Below are positions 35,417 through 45,122 of a stretch of 64,000 nucleotides of DNA, one piece after another. Origin of the DNA: Burkholderiales bacterium (GTDB lineage: Bacteria > Pseudomonadota > Gammaproteobacteria > Burkholderiales > CAIKXV01). The DNA is taken from positions 63 through 64,062 of the forward strand of contig JBIITW010000002.1 of the NCBI GenBank assembly GCA_044340265.1, read 5' to 3'. Numbering within the stretch: the stretch's first letter is position 1; each line of letters begins with the position of its first letter. Position numbers and translations under genes: made by a program. The notes beneath the pieces were generated by a model that was given only the letters and a program-made list of their open reading frames with translations, had not been told where the DNA came from and did no database searches.

Positions 35417-36272
35417 GTGCCTCTCGCCAGTCTGGAAGGACGAGGCCGAAGCCGGCCTCGAGCCGCCCGCAGTCGAGCACCGACGACGCAGGGCGCGCCG
35501 CCGGCAGCGGATATTCAGCTGTGGTCAGCGGCCGCAGTCGCGGCCGTCGCGCAAGGCCGGGTGCCAGCTCGAAGATTGCCGACGCGAAGCCGAACCAGGT
35601 GGTCGAACCGCTGGCGGTTGCGTGATACAGGCCGGAGATGCCGGCCCACGATGCCGGCTGATGTGCATGGCGATCGAGCAGGTGCAGGGTGCCGCGTGCG
35701 ATCGAACGGCTCCATGTCGGGCTGCCGCGCTGGTCGTCAACCACGCCGAGTTCCTCGCGTTCGCCACCCAGGCGCAGCATGGTGCGCAGGAAGTTCTGCC
35801 CTGTCAGACCGTAGACCCAGCTGGTGCGCAGAACGATCGCCGCACATCCGGTTGAAGCGATCGCACGTTCCCCGTCGAGCTTGCTGCGTCCGTACACGCC
35901 GAGCGGGCCGACGGCGTCGTCTTCACGATAGGGACGGCCGGCACGGCCGTCGAATACGTAGTCGGTCGAATAGTGGATCAGCAGGGCGCCGCTGTCTCGG
36001 GCTGCGGCAGCCATGGCAGCCGGCGCATCGGCATTGATCCGCTGGCAGGCTTGCGGTTCGGATTCGGCGCGGTCGACCGCGGTCCAGGCCGCCGCGTTGA
36101 TGATCACGTTCGGCCTTGCCTGCGCGATAGCGGCATGCACTGCATCCGTATCGGACAGGTCGCAGGCCGCGCGGTCGAGTGCGATCAGGTCGTAGGGCGC
36201 GTGCCCTGCAAGGGCCCGCACCAGTTCCCCCCCGACCTGCCCATTGCGTCCGAACAGAAGTACCCGCGTCAT
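35379..36272 (-). CDS. rmlD: dTDP-4-dehydrorhamnose reductase
   Basis: ORF 35379..36548 trimmed to MTRVLLFGRNGQVGGEL (ATG at 36272). STDYVFDG and YGRSKLDGE motifs. Overlaps the rmlC stop. Confidence 0.9.
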   Translation of the reverse strand: MTRVLLFGRNGQVGGELVRALAGHAPYDLIALDRAACDLSDTDAVHAAIAQARPNVIINAAAWTAVDRAESEPQACQRINADAPAAMAAAARDSGALLIHYSTDYVFDGRAGRPYREDDAVGPLGVYGRSKLDGERAIASTGCAAIVLRTSWVYGLTGQNFLRTMLRLGGEREELGVVDDQRGSPTWSRSIARGTLHLLDRHAHQPASWAGISGLYHATASGSTTWFGFASAIFELAPGLARRPRLRPLTTAEYPLPAARPASSVLDCGRLEAGFGLVLPDWREALVECLAAGAPVR

Positions 36273-36832
36273 GAATAGACCTCCGCCTCGAGGAGCGGCC
36301 GCCCGCCCAGGTCGCGCGCAGACAGTACCGGCCTTGCATCCGCCGACGGGTGGACATCCGACAATGGCCACTCGATGCCGATCCGCGGGTCGTTCCAGGC
36401 GATGGAACGTTCGAACTTCGGTCCGTAGTAGTCGGTTGTCTTGTAGAGCACTTCGGCACGCTCGGAGAGCACCAGGAAGCCATGCGCAAAGCCTGGAGGT
36501 ACCCACATCATGGTTCGGTTGCCCGAAGACAGCCGATGCCCCGTCCATTGGCCGAATCGCGGTGAACCGCGCCGGATGTCGACTGCAACATCAAAGATCT
36601 CGCCAACGACCGCGCGCACGAGCTTGCCCTGGGCCTGCTCAAGCTGGTAGTGAAGTCCGCGCAGGACGCCAGCCAGCGAGATCGAGTGGTTGTCCTGCAC
36701 GAACGGCAGGTCGATGCCGGCGGCCGCCATCTCTCGATGGTTGTAGCTCTCGAAGAACATGCCGCGGGCATCGCCATGGGCTGCAGGCTCGAGCAGCAGG
36801 ACTTCGGGGAGTCGGGTCGATTCGATGCGCAT
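36269..36832 (-). CDS. rmlC: dTDP-4-dehydrorhamnose 3,5-epimerase
   Basis: Trimmed to MRIESTRLPEV (ATG at 36832). GDARGMFFESY, RGLHYQ and VPPGFAHGF cupin blocks. Confidence 0.9.
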   Translation of the reverse strand: MRIESTRLPEVLLLEPAAHGDARGMFFESYNHREMAAAGIDLPFVQDNHSISLAGVLRGLHYQLEQAQGKLVRAVVGEIFDVAVDIRRGSPRFGQWTGHRLSSGNRTMMWVPPGFAHGFLVLSERAEVLYKTTDYYGPKFERSIAWNDPRIGIEWPLSDVHPSADARPVLSARDLGGRPLLEAEVYS

Positions 36833-36863
36833 GCGTTTTGCTCGTGGTCCGTTACGGCCTTCT

Positions 36864-37739
36864 TCAGTACATCCGCTCGCGCAGGACGCCGCGCAGATAG
36901 CCTCCGTAGCCGCTCTTCCCGAGTGCATCGGCCAGTGACTCGAGCGCCGCGTCGTCGATCCAGCCCTGGCGCCAGGCGATCTCTTCCGGACAGGCTACCT
37001 TGAGGCCCTGGCGCTTCTCTATGGTCTGGATGAACTGGCTGGCCTCGAGCAGCGAGTCGTGCGTGCCGGTATCCAGCCACGCCATGCCCCGACTCATCGC
37101 GACGACCTCCAGTTCACCGCGTTCGAGATACACGCGGTTGAGGTCCGTGATCTCCAGTTCGCCGCGGGGTGACGGCTTCAGTCGAGACGCCAGGTCCGGC
37201 GCATGTTCGTCATAGAAATACAAGCCAGTCACGGCGTAGCGCGAGCGCGGCGCCGCCGGCTTCTCCTCCAGGGCAAGCGCCCGCCCTCGGGCGTCGAACT
37301 CGACCACGCCGTATCGCTCAGGGTCGTTCACGGGGTATGCGAACACCGTGGCGCCCGACTTGCGGGCGGCGGCCTGCGAGAGCAGGCCGGAGAGGTCGTG
37401 GCCGTAGAAGACGTTGTCGCCAAGGACCAGTGCACAGCCCTCCCCGTCGAGGAAATCGCGCCCGATCAGCAATGCCTGGGCGATCCCGTCGGGGCTCGGC
37501 TGGACCGCATAGGAAAGCGAAAGGCCCCAACGCGAACCGTCACCGAGCAGTTGCTGGAAGCGCGGCGTGTCCTGCTCCGTCGAGATCAGCAGCACCTCGC
37601 GTATACCGGCGAGCATCAGCGTCGACAGCGGGTAATAGACCAGCGGCTTGTCGTAAACCGGCAGCAGCTGCTTCGATACGGCAAGGGTCGCGGGATGAAG
37701 CCGGGTACCCGCGCCGCCAGCAAGGAGGATGCCTTTCAT
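36864..37739 (-). CDS. rmlA: Glucose-1-phosphate thymidylyltransferase
   Basis: Trimmed to [18 protein letters not shown] (ATG at 37739). [12 protein letters not shown] and LGDNVFYG blocks. Confidence 0.95.
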   Translation of the reverse strand: MKGILLAGGAGTRLHPATLAVSKQLLPVYDKPLVYYPLSTLMLAGIREVLLISTEQDTPRFQQLLGDGSRWGLSLSYAVQPSPDGIAQALLIGRDFLDGEGCALVLGDNVFYGHDLSGLLSQAAARKSGATVFAYPVNDPERYGVVEFDARGRALALEEKPAAPRSRYAVTGLYFYDEHAPDLASRLKPSPRGELEITDLNRVYLERGELEVVAMSRGMAWLDTGTHDSLLEASQFIQTIEKRQGLKVACPEEIAWRQGWIDDAALESLADALGKSGYGGYLRGVLRERMY

Positions 37740-38824
37740 CGCGCGCGCTCCCCGCTGCGGTAGTTGGCATCGAGCCATTTGCGGTACGCGCCGGTTTCGA
37801 TGCCCGCGATCCATGCATCGTTGTCCAGGTACCAGCGCACCGTCTCGCGCAGACCCTGCTCGAATGCGACCGCGGGTCGCCAGCCGAGTTCCGACGCGAT
37901 CTTGCGCTGGTCTATCGCATAGCGCCGGTCGTGGCCAGGTCGGTCGGTGACGTAGGCAACCTGGGCCGCATACGAGCCGCCATCCGCCCGGGGCGACAGT
38001 TCGTCGAGCAGTTCGCAGAGCAGATGGACCACCGTCAGGTTCTCGCGCTCCGCGCTGCCGCCGATGTTGTAGGTCTCGCCCGGTCTTCCGCGCGACAGCA
38101 CGGTGCGCAGTGCGCTCGCATGGTCGCTCACATGCAGCCAGTCGCGCACCTGCCTGCCATCGCCGTACACCGGGAGGCGTTCGCCGCGGCGCGCGTTCCT
38201 GATCATCAGCGGCACCAGTTTCTCGGGGAACTGGAGCGGGCCATAGTTGTTCGAGCAGTGGGTGATGATGGCCGGCAGTCCGTACGTGTGCCAGGCAGCC
38301 TGCACCAGGTGGTCGGCAGCCGCCTTCGATGCGGAATAGGGACTGCGCGGGGAGAAGGGCGTGGTTTCACTGAACGGCGGGTCGTCCGGCTCGAGGGCGC
38401 CGAACACTTCGTCGGTCGAAACCTGGATGAACCGGAACGCGGCACGTTCGGCTGCGTCAAGGCCGGCCGTCCACTCGCGTGCGGCCTCCAGCAGGTTGAA
38501 GGTGCCGACGATGTTGGTCTGCACGAATGCATCGGGACCGAGGATCGAGCGGTCCACATGACTCTCGGCGGCGAAGTTCACGATCGCGCCGACCTGATGC
38601 TCCCGCAACAGCCGCGCGACCAGTGCGCGGTCGTTGATGTCGCCATGCACGAAGTGGTGGCGGGGGTCGCCGGCAAGCCGGTCGAGGTTGGACAGGTTGC
38701 CTGCGTAGGTCAGCGCGTCGATGTTGACCACTGCCGCCGCGTCTGCATGGCCGGGCGCCAGCCAGTCCAGTACGAAGTTTGCGCCGATGAAGCCGGCACC
38801 CCCAGTCACCAGGATCGCCTTCAT
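37736..38824 (-). CDS. rmlB: dTDP-glucose 4,6-dehydratase
   Basis: Trimmed to [18 protein letters not shown] (ATG at 38824). STDEVFG and [12 protein letters not shown] blocks. ATGA overlap with rmlA. Confidence 0.95.
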   Translation of the reverse strand: MKAILVTGGAGFIGANFVLDWLAPGHADAAAVVNIDALTYAGNLSNLDRLAGDPRHHFVHGDINDRALVARLLREHQVGAIVNFAAESHVDRSILGPDAFVQTNIVGTFNLLEAAREWTAGLDAAERAAFRFIQVSTDEVFGALEPDDPPFSETTPFSPRSPYSASKAAADHLVQAAWHTYGLPAIITHCSNNYGPLQFPEKLVPLMIRNARRGERLPVYGDGRQVRDWLHVSDHASALRTVLSRGRPGETYNIGGSAERENLTVVHLLCELLDELSPRADGGSYAAQVAYVTDRPGHDRRYAIDQRKIASELGWRPAVAFEQGLRETVRWYLDNDAWIAGIETGAYRKWLDANYRSGERAR

Positions 38825-38881
38825 GCTGCCCCTTCCGATTGATCGGTCATCTGGCTTCAACGCCGTCTGCGCGGGAGAGGC

Positions 38882-39889
38882 TCACCGTGCCATCCACCCG
38901 CGATACCACTCGACGAAACGGCGGACGCCGGTCTTGATCGGCATGGACGGCTGGAAACCTACCGCTGCGTCGAGCGCAGATACGTCGGCGAAAGTCGCCT
39001 CGACATCGCCGGGCTGCATGGGCAGCAGGTTGCGCACTGCCTTGCAGCCGAGCGCATCTTCTATCGCCGAGATGAAGTCTAGCAGTTGTACCGGATCCTG
39101 GTTACCGATGTTGTACAGGCGGTACGGGGCATCGCTCACCGCTGCGCTCGGCGTGCGCCGGTCGTAGGCGGCGTCCGGCGTCGCGACCTGGTCGACCACG
39201 CGCACCACGCCATCGACGATGTCGTCGATGTAGGTGAAGTCCCTGCGCATGCGGCCCTCGTTGAACACGTCGATCGGCCTGCCCTCGAGGATCGCCTGGG
39301 TGAACAGCCAGAGCGCCATGTCCGGCCTGCCCCAGGGACCGTAGACGGTGAAGAAGCGCAAGCCGGTGGTCGGCAGCCGGAACAGGTGGCTGTAGCAGTG
39401 CGCCATCAGCTCGTTCGATTTCTTGGTCGCGGCATACAGGCTGACCGGGTGGTCGACATCCTGTTCGACCCGGAACGGCAGGGTGGCGTTGTGTCCATAT
39501 ACGCTCGAACTGCTGGCGTACACGAGGTGCTCGACGTGATGGTGGCGACAGGCCTCGAGCACGTTGACGAAGCCGGCCAGGTTGGCCGAAACGTAGGCGT
39601 TCGGATTCTTGAGTGAATAACGCACGCCGGCCTGCGCAGCGAGGTTGATCACGCGCTCGGGACGGCCCGCGTCGAACACCCCATTCAGCGCCGCGGCATC
39701 GGCGATGTCGACCCGTTCGAAGCGGAACGACGGGTGCGGCAACAGCCGCTCGAGTCGTGCCTGTTTCAGCGCGGGGTCGTAGTAGTCGTTCAGATTGTCG
39801 ATCCCGATGACTTCATCGCCGCGCGCAAGCAGGCGCTCGCAGGTGTGCATGCCGATGAAGCCGGCGCATCCGGTGAGCAGAATCTTCAT
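38882..39889 (-). CDS. NAD-dependent nucleotide-sugar epimerase, UDP-glucuronate 4-epimerase-like
   Basis: Trimmed to MKILLTGCAGFIGMH (ATG at 39889). DNLNDYYDPALK, YAATKKSNELMA and FFTVYGPWGRPDMA are typical of the CapI/LpsL UDP-GlcA 4-epimerase subgroup. Confidence 0.75.
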   Translation of the reverse strand: MKILLTGCAGFIGMHTCERLLARGDEVIGIDNLNDYYDPALKQARLERLLPHPSFRFERVDIADAAALNGVFDAGRPERVINLAAQAGVRYSLKNPNAYVSANLAGFVNVLEACRHHHVEHLVYASSSSVYGHNATLPFRVEQDVDHPVSLYAATKKSNELMAHCYSHLFRLPTTGLRFFTVYGPWGRPDMALWLFTQAILEGRPIDVFNEGRMRRDFTYIDDIVDGVVRVVDQVATPDAAYDRRTPSAAVSDAPYRLYNIGNQDPVQLLDFISAIEDALGCKAVRNLLPMQPGDVEATFADVSALDAAVGFQPSMPIKTGVRRFVEWYRGWMAR

Positions 39890-40033
39890 GTGTGGGAACG
39901 CGGGGCGGACGGCATGGCGCGGGCTGCGCAAGGCCTGTCGTGAACGTGCTTGCAGGGGGCTGGCGGCATGGAATCGAGCATGATTGCGGTCATCCCGATA
40001 TTCTAGGCTGATCGACCCTTCCGGTGTTCCTCA

Positions 40034-41086
40034 GTGCCCGCTCCGCCCCCCGTTCCTGCCCAGGTGCTGCACCCTCCGCCGTGGCGCGCGCCCTTGCGCA
40101 GGATCCTGCTGGTCAAGACCTCGTCGCTGGGCGATGTCGTGCACAACCTGCCGGTGGTCGACGACCTGCATCACGCGCTGCCGGGCGTGCAGGTGGACTG
40201 GTTGGTAGAGCAGGCGTTCGCCGAAGTGCCGGCACTGCACCCCGGGGTGCACGAGGTGATTCCATGCGCGTTGCGCCGCTGGCGCTCGCGTCCCTGGACT
40301 TCAGAGACGCGTGCCGGCTGGCGGGCGATGCGGGCGCGACTGTCCGCGCGGCCCTACGACCTGGTGGTCGACACCCAGGGCCTGTTGAAAAGCGCGCTGC
40401 TCGCACGGCTGGCGACCGGGCCGCGCGCCGGCTTCGACCGGGCGAGCGTGCGCGAAACGCTCGCCACGCGCTTCTACCAGCAGATGCACCGTGTGCCGCG
40501 CACGCTGCATGCACTCGAGCGCAACCGGCAACTGGTGGCCATGGCCGCGGGGTACGCGCTGACTGCGCCGCCGTCTTACGGGCTACGACGGGTCGCTGGC
40601 GCCGCCACCGGTGGCTCCCTGCCGGATGACTGGGACCCGCGTGTGCCGTTCGTGGTCTTCCTGCACGCGACCGCCCGTGCCGAGAAGCTCTGGCCGGAAT
40701 CCGCATGGATCGCGCTCGGCCGTGAAGTTCATGATCGTCTTGGCCTGCGCGCAGTGCTGCCCTGGGGATCGGACGCAGAGCGCGATCGCGCCGAACGGCT
40801 GGCGAAGTCGATCCCCGGGGCCCGGGTGCCGGCGCGTACCGGGCTGGACGAGCTTGCCCGGGGCATGGCGCAGGCGCGCGTGGTCGTCGGCGTGGATACC
40901 GGGTTGCTGCATCTGGCCTCCGCGGTCGGGGTACGCTGCATCGGCATCTACGTCGCGACCGATCCCGCCCGCAACGGCCTGTATCCCCCGTCGGTCGGGC
41001 TGAACCTCGGCGGCGTGTCGATCGTGCCCGGTCCGGGTGAAGTACTGGGCGCCGTCTCGCAGGTCACTGCCTGGCAGCGCGCATGA
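40034..41086 (+). CDS. waaC: LPS heptosyltransferase I
   Basis: GT9. ILLVKTSSLGDVVHNLPVVDDL, DTQGLLKSA and VGVDTGLLHLASAVG blocks. GTG start is uncertain. ATGA overlap with waaA. Confidence 0.85.
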   Translation: MPAPPPVPAQVLHPPPWRAPLRRILLVKTSSLGDVVHNLPVVDDLHHALPGVQVDWLVEQAFAEVPALHPGVHEVIPCALRRWRSRPWTSETRAGWRAMRARLSARPYDLVVDTQGLLKSALLARLATGPRAGFDRASVRETLATRFYQQMHRVPRTLHALERNRQLVAMAAGYALTAPPSYGLRRVAGAATGGSLPDDWDPRVPFVVFLHATARAEKLWPESAWIALGREVHDRLGLRAVLPWGSDAERDRAERLAKSIPGARVPARTGLDELARGMAQARVVVGVDTGLLHLASAVGVRCIGIYVATDPARNGLYPPSVGLNLGGVSIVPGPGEVLGAVSQVTAWQRA

Positions 41087-42465
41087 CCCCGGCAGGTAAC
41101 CCGCGTCCGGCGCCCGCCAAGGCTGCGGCCGCCGCAACCTCGAGCCGCGGGCTCTACACGCTCGGACTGTGGCTGGCTGCGCCACTGGTGCTGGGCCGGC
41201 TCGCGCTGCGCGCGCGCCGGCAGCCGGAATATCTGCACCATCTGGGCGAGCGCTTCGGCCGTTATGCGGCGCAGGACCCCGAACCGGATCCGGCGCCGAC
41301 CGCCCGGGGTCAGGGCAAGGCCCAGGGCCAAGGTCAGGCCCCGCTGTTCTGGCTGCATGCGGTCTCGGTCGGTGAAACCCAGGCCGCGCGGCCGGTGATC
41401 GAGGCGCTGCGCGCGCGCGTGCCGGATGCGCGCTTCCTGCTCACCCACATGACGCCGACCGGCCGTGCCACGGCGCGCGAGTTGTTCGGCGATAGCGTGC
41501 GCTCGGTGTACCTGCCATATGACTTCCCGTTCGCCATGCGGCGATTCATCGACCGCTTCCGACCCGATGCAGGTGTGATCATGGAGACCGAGCTCTGGCC
41601 CAATCTCGTCTCGTGCTGCCAGCGCCTGGGCGTGCCTTTGTACCTGGTCAATGCCCGCCTGTCGGAACGGTCCGCTGCGCGCTACCGGCGGTTCCCGAAG
41701 CTGACCGCAGATGCCTTGCGTGGCTTGTCCGGCATCCTTGCGCAGACGCGTGGCGATGCGCAGCGCCTGCGGGACCTCGGCGCCCCCGGCGTGACCGTCA
41801 CCGGTAACGTGAAGTTCGATGCGCTGCCGCCGGCGCAGCTGGTCGAACTGGGCGCACGGTGGCGTGCAGCCTGGCAGGGACGTCCGGCCTGGATCGCTGC
41901 CAGCACCCGGGAAGGCGAGGAGCCGCTGCTGATCGAGGCCCTGCGCGCGATGAGGGTGCCCGGTGCATTGCTGGTCTTGGTGCCGCGCCATCCGCAGCGC
42001 TTCGACGATGTTGCACGGCTGCTCGACCAGGCAGGCCTGCACCATGTGCGGCGGAGTACGCCGGGCGCGATCGAAGCGCTCTCCGACCGCTCGATCGACG
42101 TGCTGCTCGGCGACAGCATGGGCGAGATGGCTGCGTACTATTCAGCCTGTGACCTCGCCTTCGTCGGTGGCAGCCTGCTGCCGCTGGGCGGGCAGAACCT
42201 GATCGAGCCCTGCGCGCTCGGCCGGCCGGTGCTGGTCGGCCCGCATACCTTCAACTTCCGTGAGGTGGCGGAGCAGGCGATCGAAGCTGGGGCTGCACGG
42301 CGGGTCGAAGACGCGGCCGGCCTGGCGGCGGAAGTCACGCGACTGCTCGCCGATCCGGCCACGCGCACCGCGATGGGCGAGGCGGGTGCTGCGTTCGCCC
42401 GGCAGCACCGGGGGGCGACTGCCCGCACGGTCGATGTCCTGCTCGCCGGTCGTGCCGGCGGTTGA
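41083..42465 (+). CDS. waaA: 3-deoxy-D-manno-octulosonic acid (Kdo) transferase
   Basis: LFWLHAVSVGETQAARPVIEAL, METELWPNL and LVNARLSERS blocks are characteristic of WaaA/KdtA (GT30). Confidence 0.9.
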   Translation: MTPAGNPRPAPAKAAAAATSSRGLYTLGLWLAAPLVLGRLALRARRQPEYLHHLGERFGRYAAQDPEPDPAPTARGQGKAQGQGQAPLFWLHAVSVGETQAARPVIEALRARVPDARFLLTHMTPTGRATARELFGDSVRSVYLPYDFPFAMRRFIDRFRPDAGVIMETELWPNLVSCCQRLGVPLYLVNARLSERSAARYRRFPKLTADALRGLSGILAQTRGDAQRLRDLGAPGVTVTGNVKFDALPPAQLVELGARWRAAWQGRPAWIAASTREGEEPLLIEALRAMRVPGALLVLVPRHPQRFDDVARLLDQAGLHHVRRSTPGAIEALSDRSIDVLLGDSMGEMAAYYSACDLAFVGGSLLPLGGQNLIEPCALGRPVLVGPHTFNFREVAEQAIEAGAARRVEDAAGLAAEVTRLLADPATRTAMGEAGAAFARQHRGATARTVDVLLAGRAGG

Positions 42466-42477
42466 ATGCGGCGCCGG

Positions 42478-42503
42478 CCCGCGCGACGCAACGTCGCCGC
42501 GGG
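42478..42503. terminator. GC-rich hairpin between convergent waaA and the secreted-protein gene
   Basis: cccgcgcgacg / cgtcgccgcggg form an 11-bp stem with one bulged C and a 3-nt loop, 13 nt after the waaA stop. There is no U-tract, so it is not a canonical intrinsic terminator. Confidence 0.3.
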
Positions 42504-42519
42504 CGCGGCCCCGGCCCTG

Positions 42520-43815
42520 CTACCGCCCGAACAGCCCGCGCAGCACGCCGCCGACACCTTCCTTGATCACATCGGTCACCGTCGGGGCCGCCGGCGCGCG
42601 CTGCGCCGACCCGGTGTCGCCACCGTCCGGGGCCGCCTGCCGCCCGCGTGCGCCCGGACGTCCGCCGGCCTCGCCCTCGGCCAGCATCAGCATGCCGGTG
42701 GTGCGCTGGCGCACCTTCACTGCGTACTGCTGTTCCCAGGTCACCCGCGGGTCGGTCGGGCGGGGCGGGTGCACCACGTTCAGTTCATCTCCGTAGCCCA
42801 CGAAGCTCACCATCGACGAGCCCGCCTCGCGCACCACGTCGGCCGGTACCGTGCATTCCGTGGTCGAGGGCGGCAGCACCACCCGTTCCTTGATCAGGCG
42901 GGCCACCTCGGTGGGCGAAAGCCAGCTGTTCAGGCCCCAGCCCATGTCGGCCAGTTCGCTCGACGACCAGAGTACGAGGTCCTGCTGCGCATTGGCGCCC
43001 ATGGCGGTCAGCGCATACCCGGTCGCGTTCGGGATCGACTGCCACTGCACCGACAGGCCGCCGCCCGCGGTGCGTGTGACCGGCTGGAAGGCGGGCGCCT
43101 GCATGAAGTCGGTACGTTCGCTCACGCTGAAGCGGATGTCGGGCGAGTAGTTGCCTTTCACCAGGTGGTCGCCGCGCAGCGAAGCGTCGACCGGTACGGT
43201 CGTGCGGGTCTCGCTGTTCGGCCAGTGGCCGAAGGTGCGGTTGCGGCCGAACGAGGGGCCGCGCGGGTTGTTGATGCGAACCGTCGGGAACTTCGGCATC
43301 TGGCCCGCGGCGATCTTCGCGAAGTCGATGACCAGCGGCTGGCCGCTGCGCGTGGCGTCGCCGCAGCCCCAGTAGATCAGCATGCGGCCCTTCGGCTTCT
43401 CGAAGTCGCGCGGCGGGGTGTCGTGATCCTCGCCACGCGGCTCGGGCGGGGGATTGCGGGGCGTGAGCAGCGGCAGAGACGGTCCCATGTTCATGCCTGC
43501 CGGTATCTCGTGGGCCGCCGCGGGTTCGCCACCGGCGGTGCGCGCCGAGCCCAGTTCCAGCAGCATCGACCGTCCACCCTGCATGGGCGACGCGGCACCG
43601 CCGCCGAGCAGGCCGCCGAGCACGCCTGCGGCCCCTCCCGGCATCCCGCCCGGCAGGCCAGCCATGCCGCCCCGCGTTTCCGCAGTGACCCAGTAGACCG
43701 CGATCGGCGGCGTGACCTTCTGCTGCGAGGTCTGCGCAGACGCCTCGGGCATGGTGCCGGCGCCAAGGGCAGCGGCGGTGGCAGTGGCGACCGCGAGGAC
43801 GCGCAGCGCGGGCAT
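42520..43815 (-). CDS. Secreted hypothetical protein with Gly/Met-rich low-complexity segment
   Basis: ORF trimmed to MPALRVLAVATATAAALGAGTMPEASAQ (signal-peptide-like, ATG at 43815). GGMAGLPGGMPGGAAGVLGGLLGGG tract. No family motif recognised. Confidence 0.6.
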   Translation of the reverse strand: MPALRVLAVATATAAALGAGTMPEASAQTSQQKVTPPIAVYWVTAETRGGMAGLPGGMPGGAAGVLGGLLGGGAASPMQGGRSMLLELGSARTAGGEPAAAHEIPAGMNMGPSLPLLTPRNPPPEPRGEDHDTPPRDFEKPKGRMLIYWGCGDATRSGQPLVIDFAKIAAGQMPKFPTVRINNPRGPSFGRNRTFGHWPNSETRTTVPVDASLRGDHLVKGNYSPDIRFSVSERTDFMQAPAFQPVTRTAGGGLSVQWQSIPNATGYALTAMGANAQQDLVLWSSSELADMGWGLNSWLSPTEVARLIKERVVLPPSTTECTVPADVVREAGSSMVSFVGYGDELNVVHPPRPTDPRVTWEQQYAVKVRQRTTGMLMLAEGEAGGRPGARGRQAAPDGGDTGSAQRAPAAPTVTDVIKEGVGGVLRGLFGR

Positions 43816-44059
43816 GGCAGCGGGTGGGAGCGCCGCAGGCGACGTGTTCGGGGGCTTCCGCGGGGACAGGCACGGCACGGCTGGCATGGGCTTCCTCCGG
43901 TGGGGGCGTTCTTCCATTATAGGAGCATGGCCTGTCGCCGGCGGCTACCTGGGGCGGGTTGCCGCGTGGTGTGTCACGGTTCTGTAATCCCGTTGTCGTA
44001 ATCTGCTTGGGCTCCGGTAGGCCATCGATCCCGCATGGCCGGAGCGCACGGAGAGCACC

Positions 44060-45061
44060 ATGGGTTTCACGAAGCACGGCATCGCCTCGGTCATCGGCTG
44101 TGCGGCAGGCCTGATGCTGAGCGACGCGACGCTGGCACAGGCACAGGCACAGCGCACGGACGCGGCGTTCCCGGCGCGCCCGGTACGTGTCATCGTGCCG
44201 CTCGCCCCCGGGGGCGGCAGCGACATCGTCGCGCGCATCGCCGCCGCCGCGCTGGGCGAAGCCTGGGGGCAGACCGTCGTGGTGGACAACCGCCCGGGCG
44301 CGGGCAGCGTCGTCGGCACGGCGATCGCGGCGAAGGCGCAGCCCGATGGTCACACGCTGCTGGTGTCCAGTTCCTCCCTGGCCATCTCTCCGGCGTTGTA
44401 CAAGAACCTGCCGTACGACATCCGTCGCGACTTCCTCCCGGTGTCCCTGATCGCGAGCCAGCCCAGCCTGCTGGCGGTCCACGCGTCGGTGCCGGCGACG
44501 AACGTGAAGGAACTGCTGGCGCTCGGCCGCGCGCAACCGGGCAAGCTCGCCTACGGGTCGGCAGGGGCCGGCAGCGCCACCCACCTCGGCTCGGAGCTGT
44601 TCCGTATCGCCGGCGGCGTCGAGCTGCTGCACCTGCCCTACAAGAGCGCGGGCCTTGCCACCAACGCGCTGCTATCCGGCGAAGCGCAGGTGCTGATCAC
44701 CAACATGGCCAGCCTGCTGCCGCACCTGAAGGGCGGCAAGGTGCGTGCGCTGGGCGTGACCAGCCTCAAGCGATCGGCGCTCGCGCCGGAGATCCCGACC
44801 GTGTCCGAGGCCGGGCTGCCGAAGTTCGAGTACCTGACCTGGTACGGCATGATGGCGCCGGCCGGGACACCGAAGGCGGTGGTCGACACGATCCAGCGCG
44901 ACACGGCGCGCGCGCTGCGGGTGCCGGCGTGGTCCGAGCGCTTCACCCAGCAGGGGCTCGATGTGTTCGTGACCACCCCGTCGGCGTTCGGTCAGTTCCT
45001 GGCGGGCGAGCTTTCCCGCTGGGATTCGGTGGTGAAGAAGGCCGGGATCAAGGTCGACTGA
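44060..45061 (+). CDS. Bug-family (TctC-like) tripartite tricarboxylate transporter substrate-binding protein
   Basis: Signal peptide, then FPARPVRVIVPLAPGGGSDIVARI, VVVDNRPGAGS and PYKSAGLATNALLSGE blocks typical of Bug/TctC proteins. Confidence 0.85.
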   Translation: MGFTKHGIASVIGCAAGLMLSDATLAQAQAQRTDAAFPARPVRVIVPLAPGGGSDIVARIAAAALGEAWGQTVVVDNRPGAGSVVGTAIAAKAQPDGHTLLVSSSSLAISPALYKNLPYDIRRDFLPVSLIASQPSLLAVHASVPATNVKELLALGRAQPGKLAYGSAGAGSATHLGSELFRIAGGVELLHLPYKSAGLATNALLSGEAQVLITNMASLLPHLKGGKVRALGVTSLKRSALAPEIPTVSEAGLPKFEYLTWYGMMAPAGTPKAVVDTIQRDTARALRVPAWSERFTQQGLDVFVTTPSAFGQFLAGELSRWDSVVKKAGIKVD

Positions 45062-45122
45062 ACGGCGGCGCGGTCAGCAGCCGCCGAGCGCTTCGCGCCG
45101 GACTGGCGGGACGCGGGTCCGG

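Noticed and set aside
45063-45086. 7-bp inverted repeat (cggcggc...gccgccg) between convergent genes, and a similar 6-bp one at 34483..34507
   Set aside because: The stems are short and there are no U-tracts. In DNA this GC-rich such repeats occur by chance, so they were not reported as terminators.
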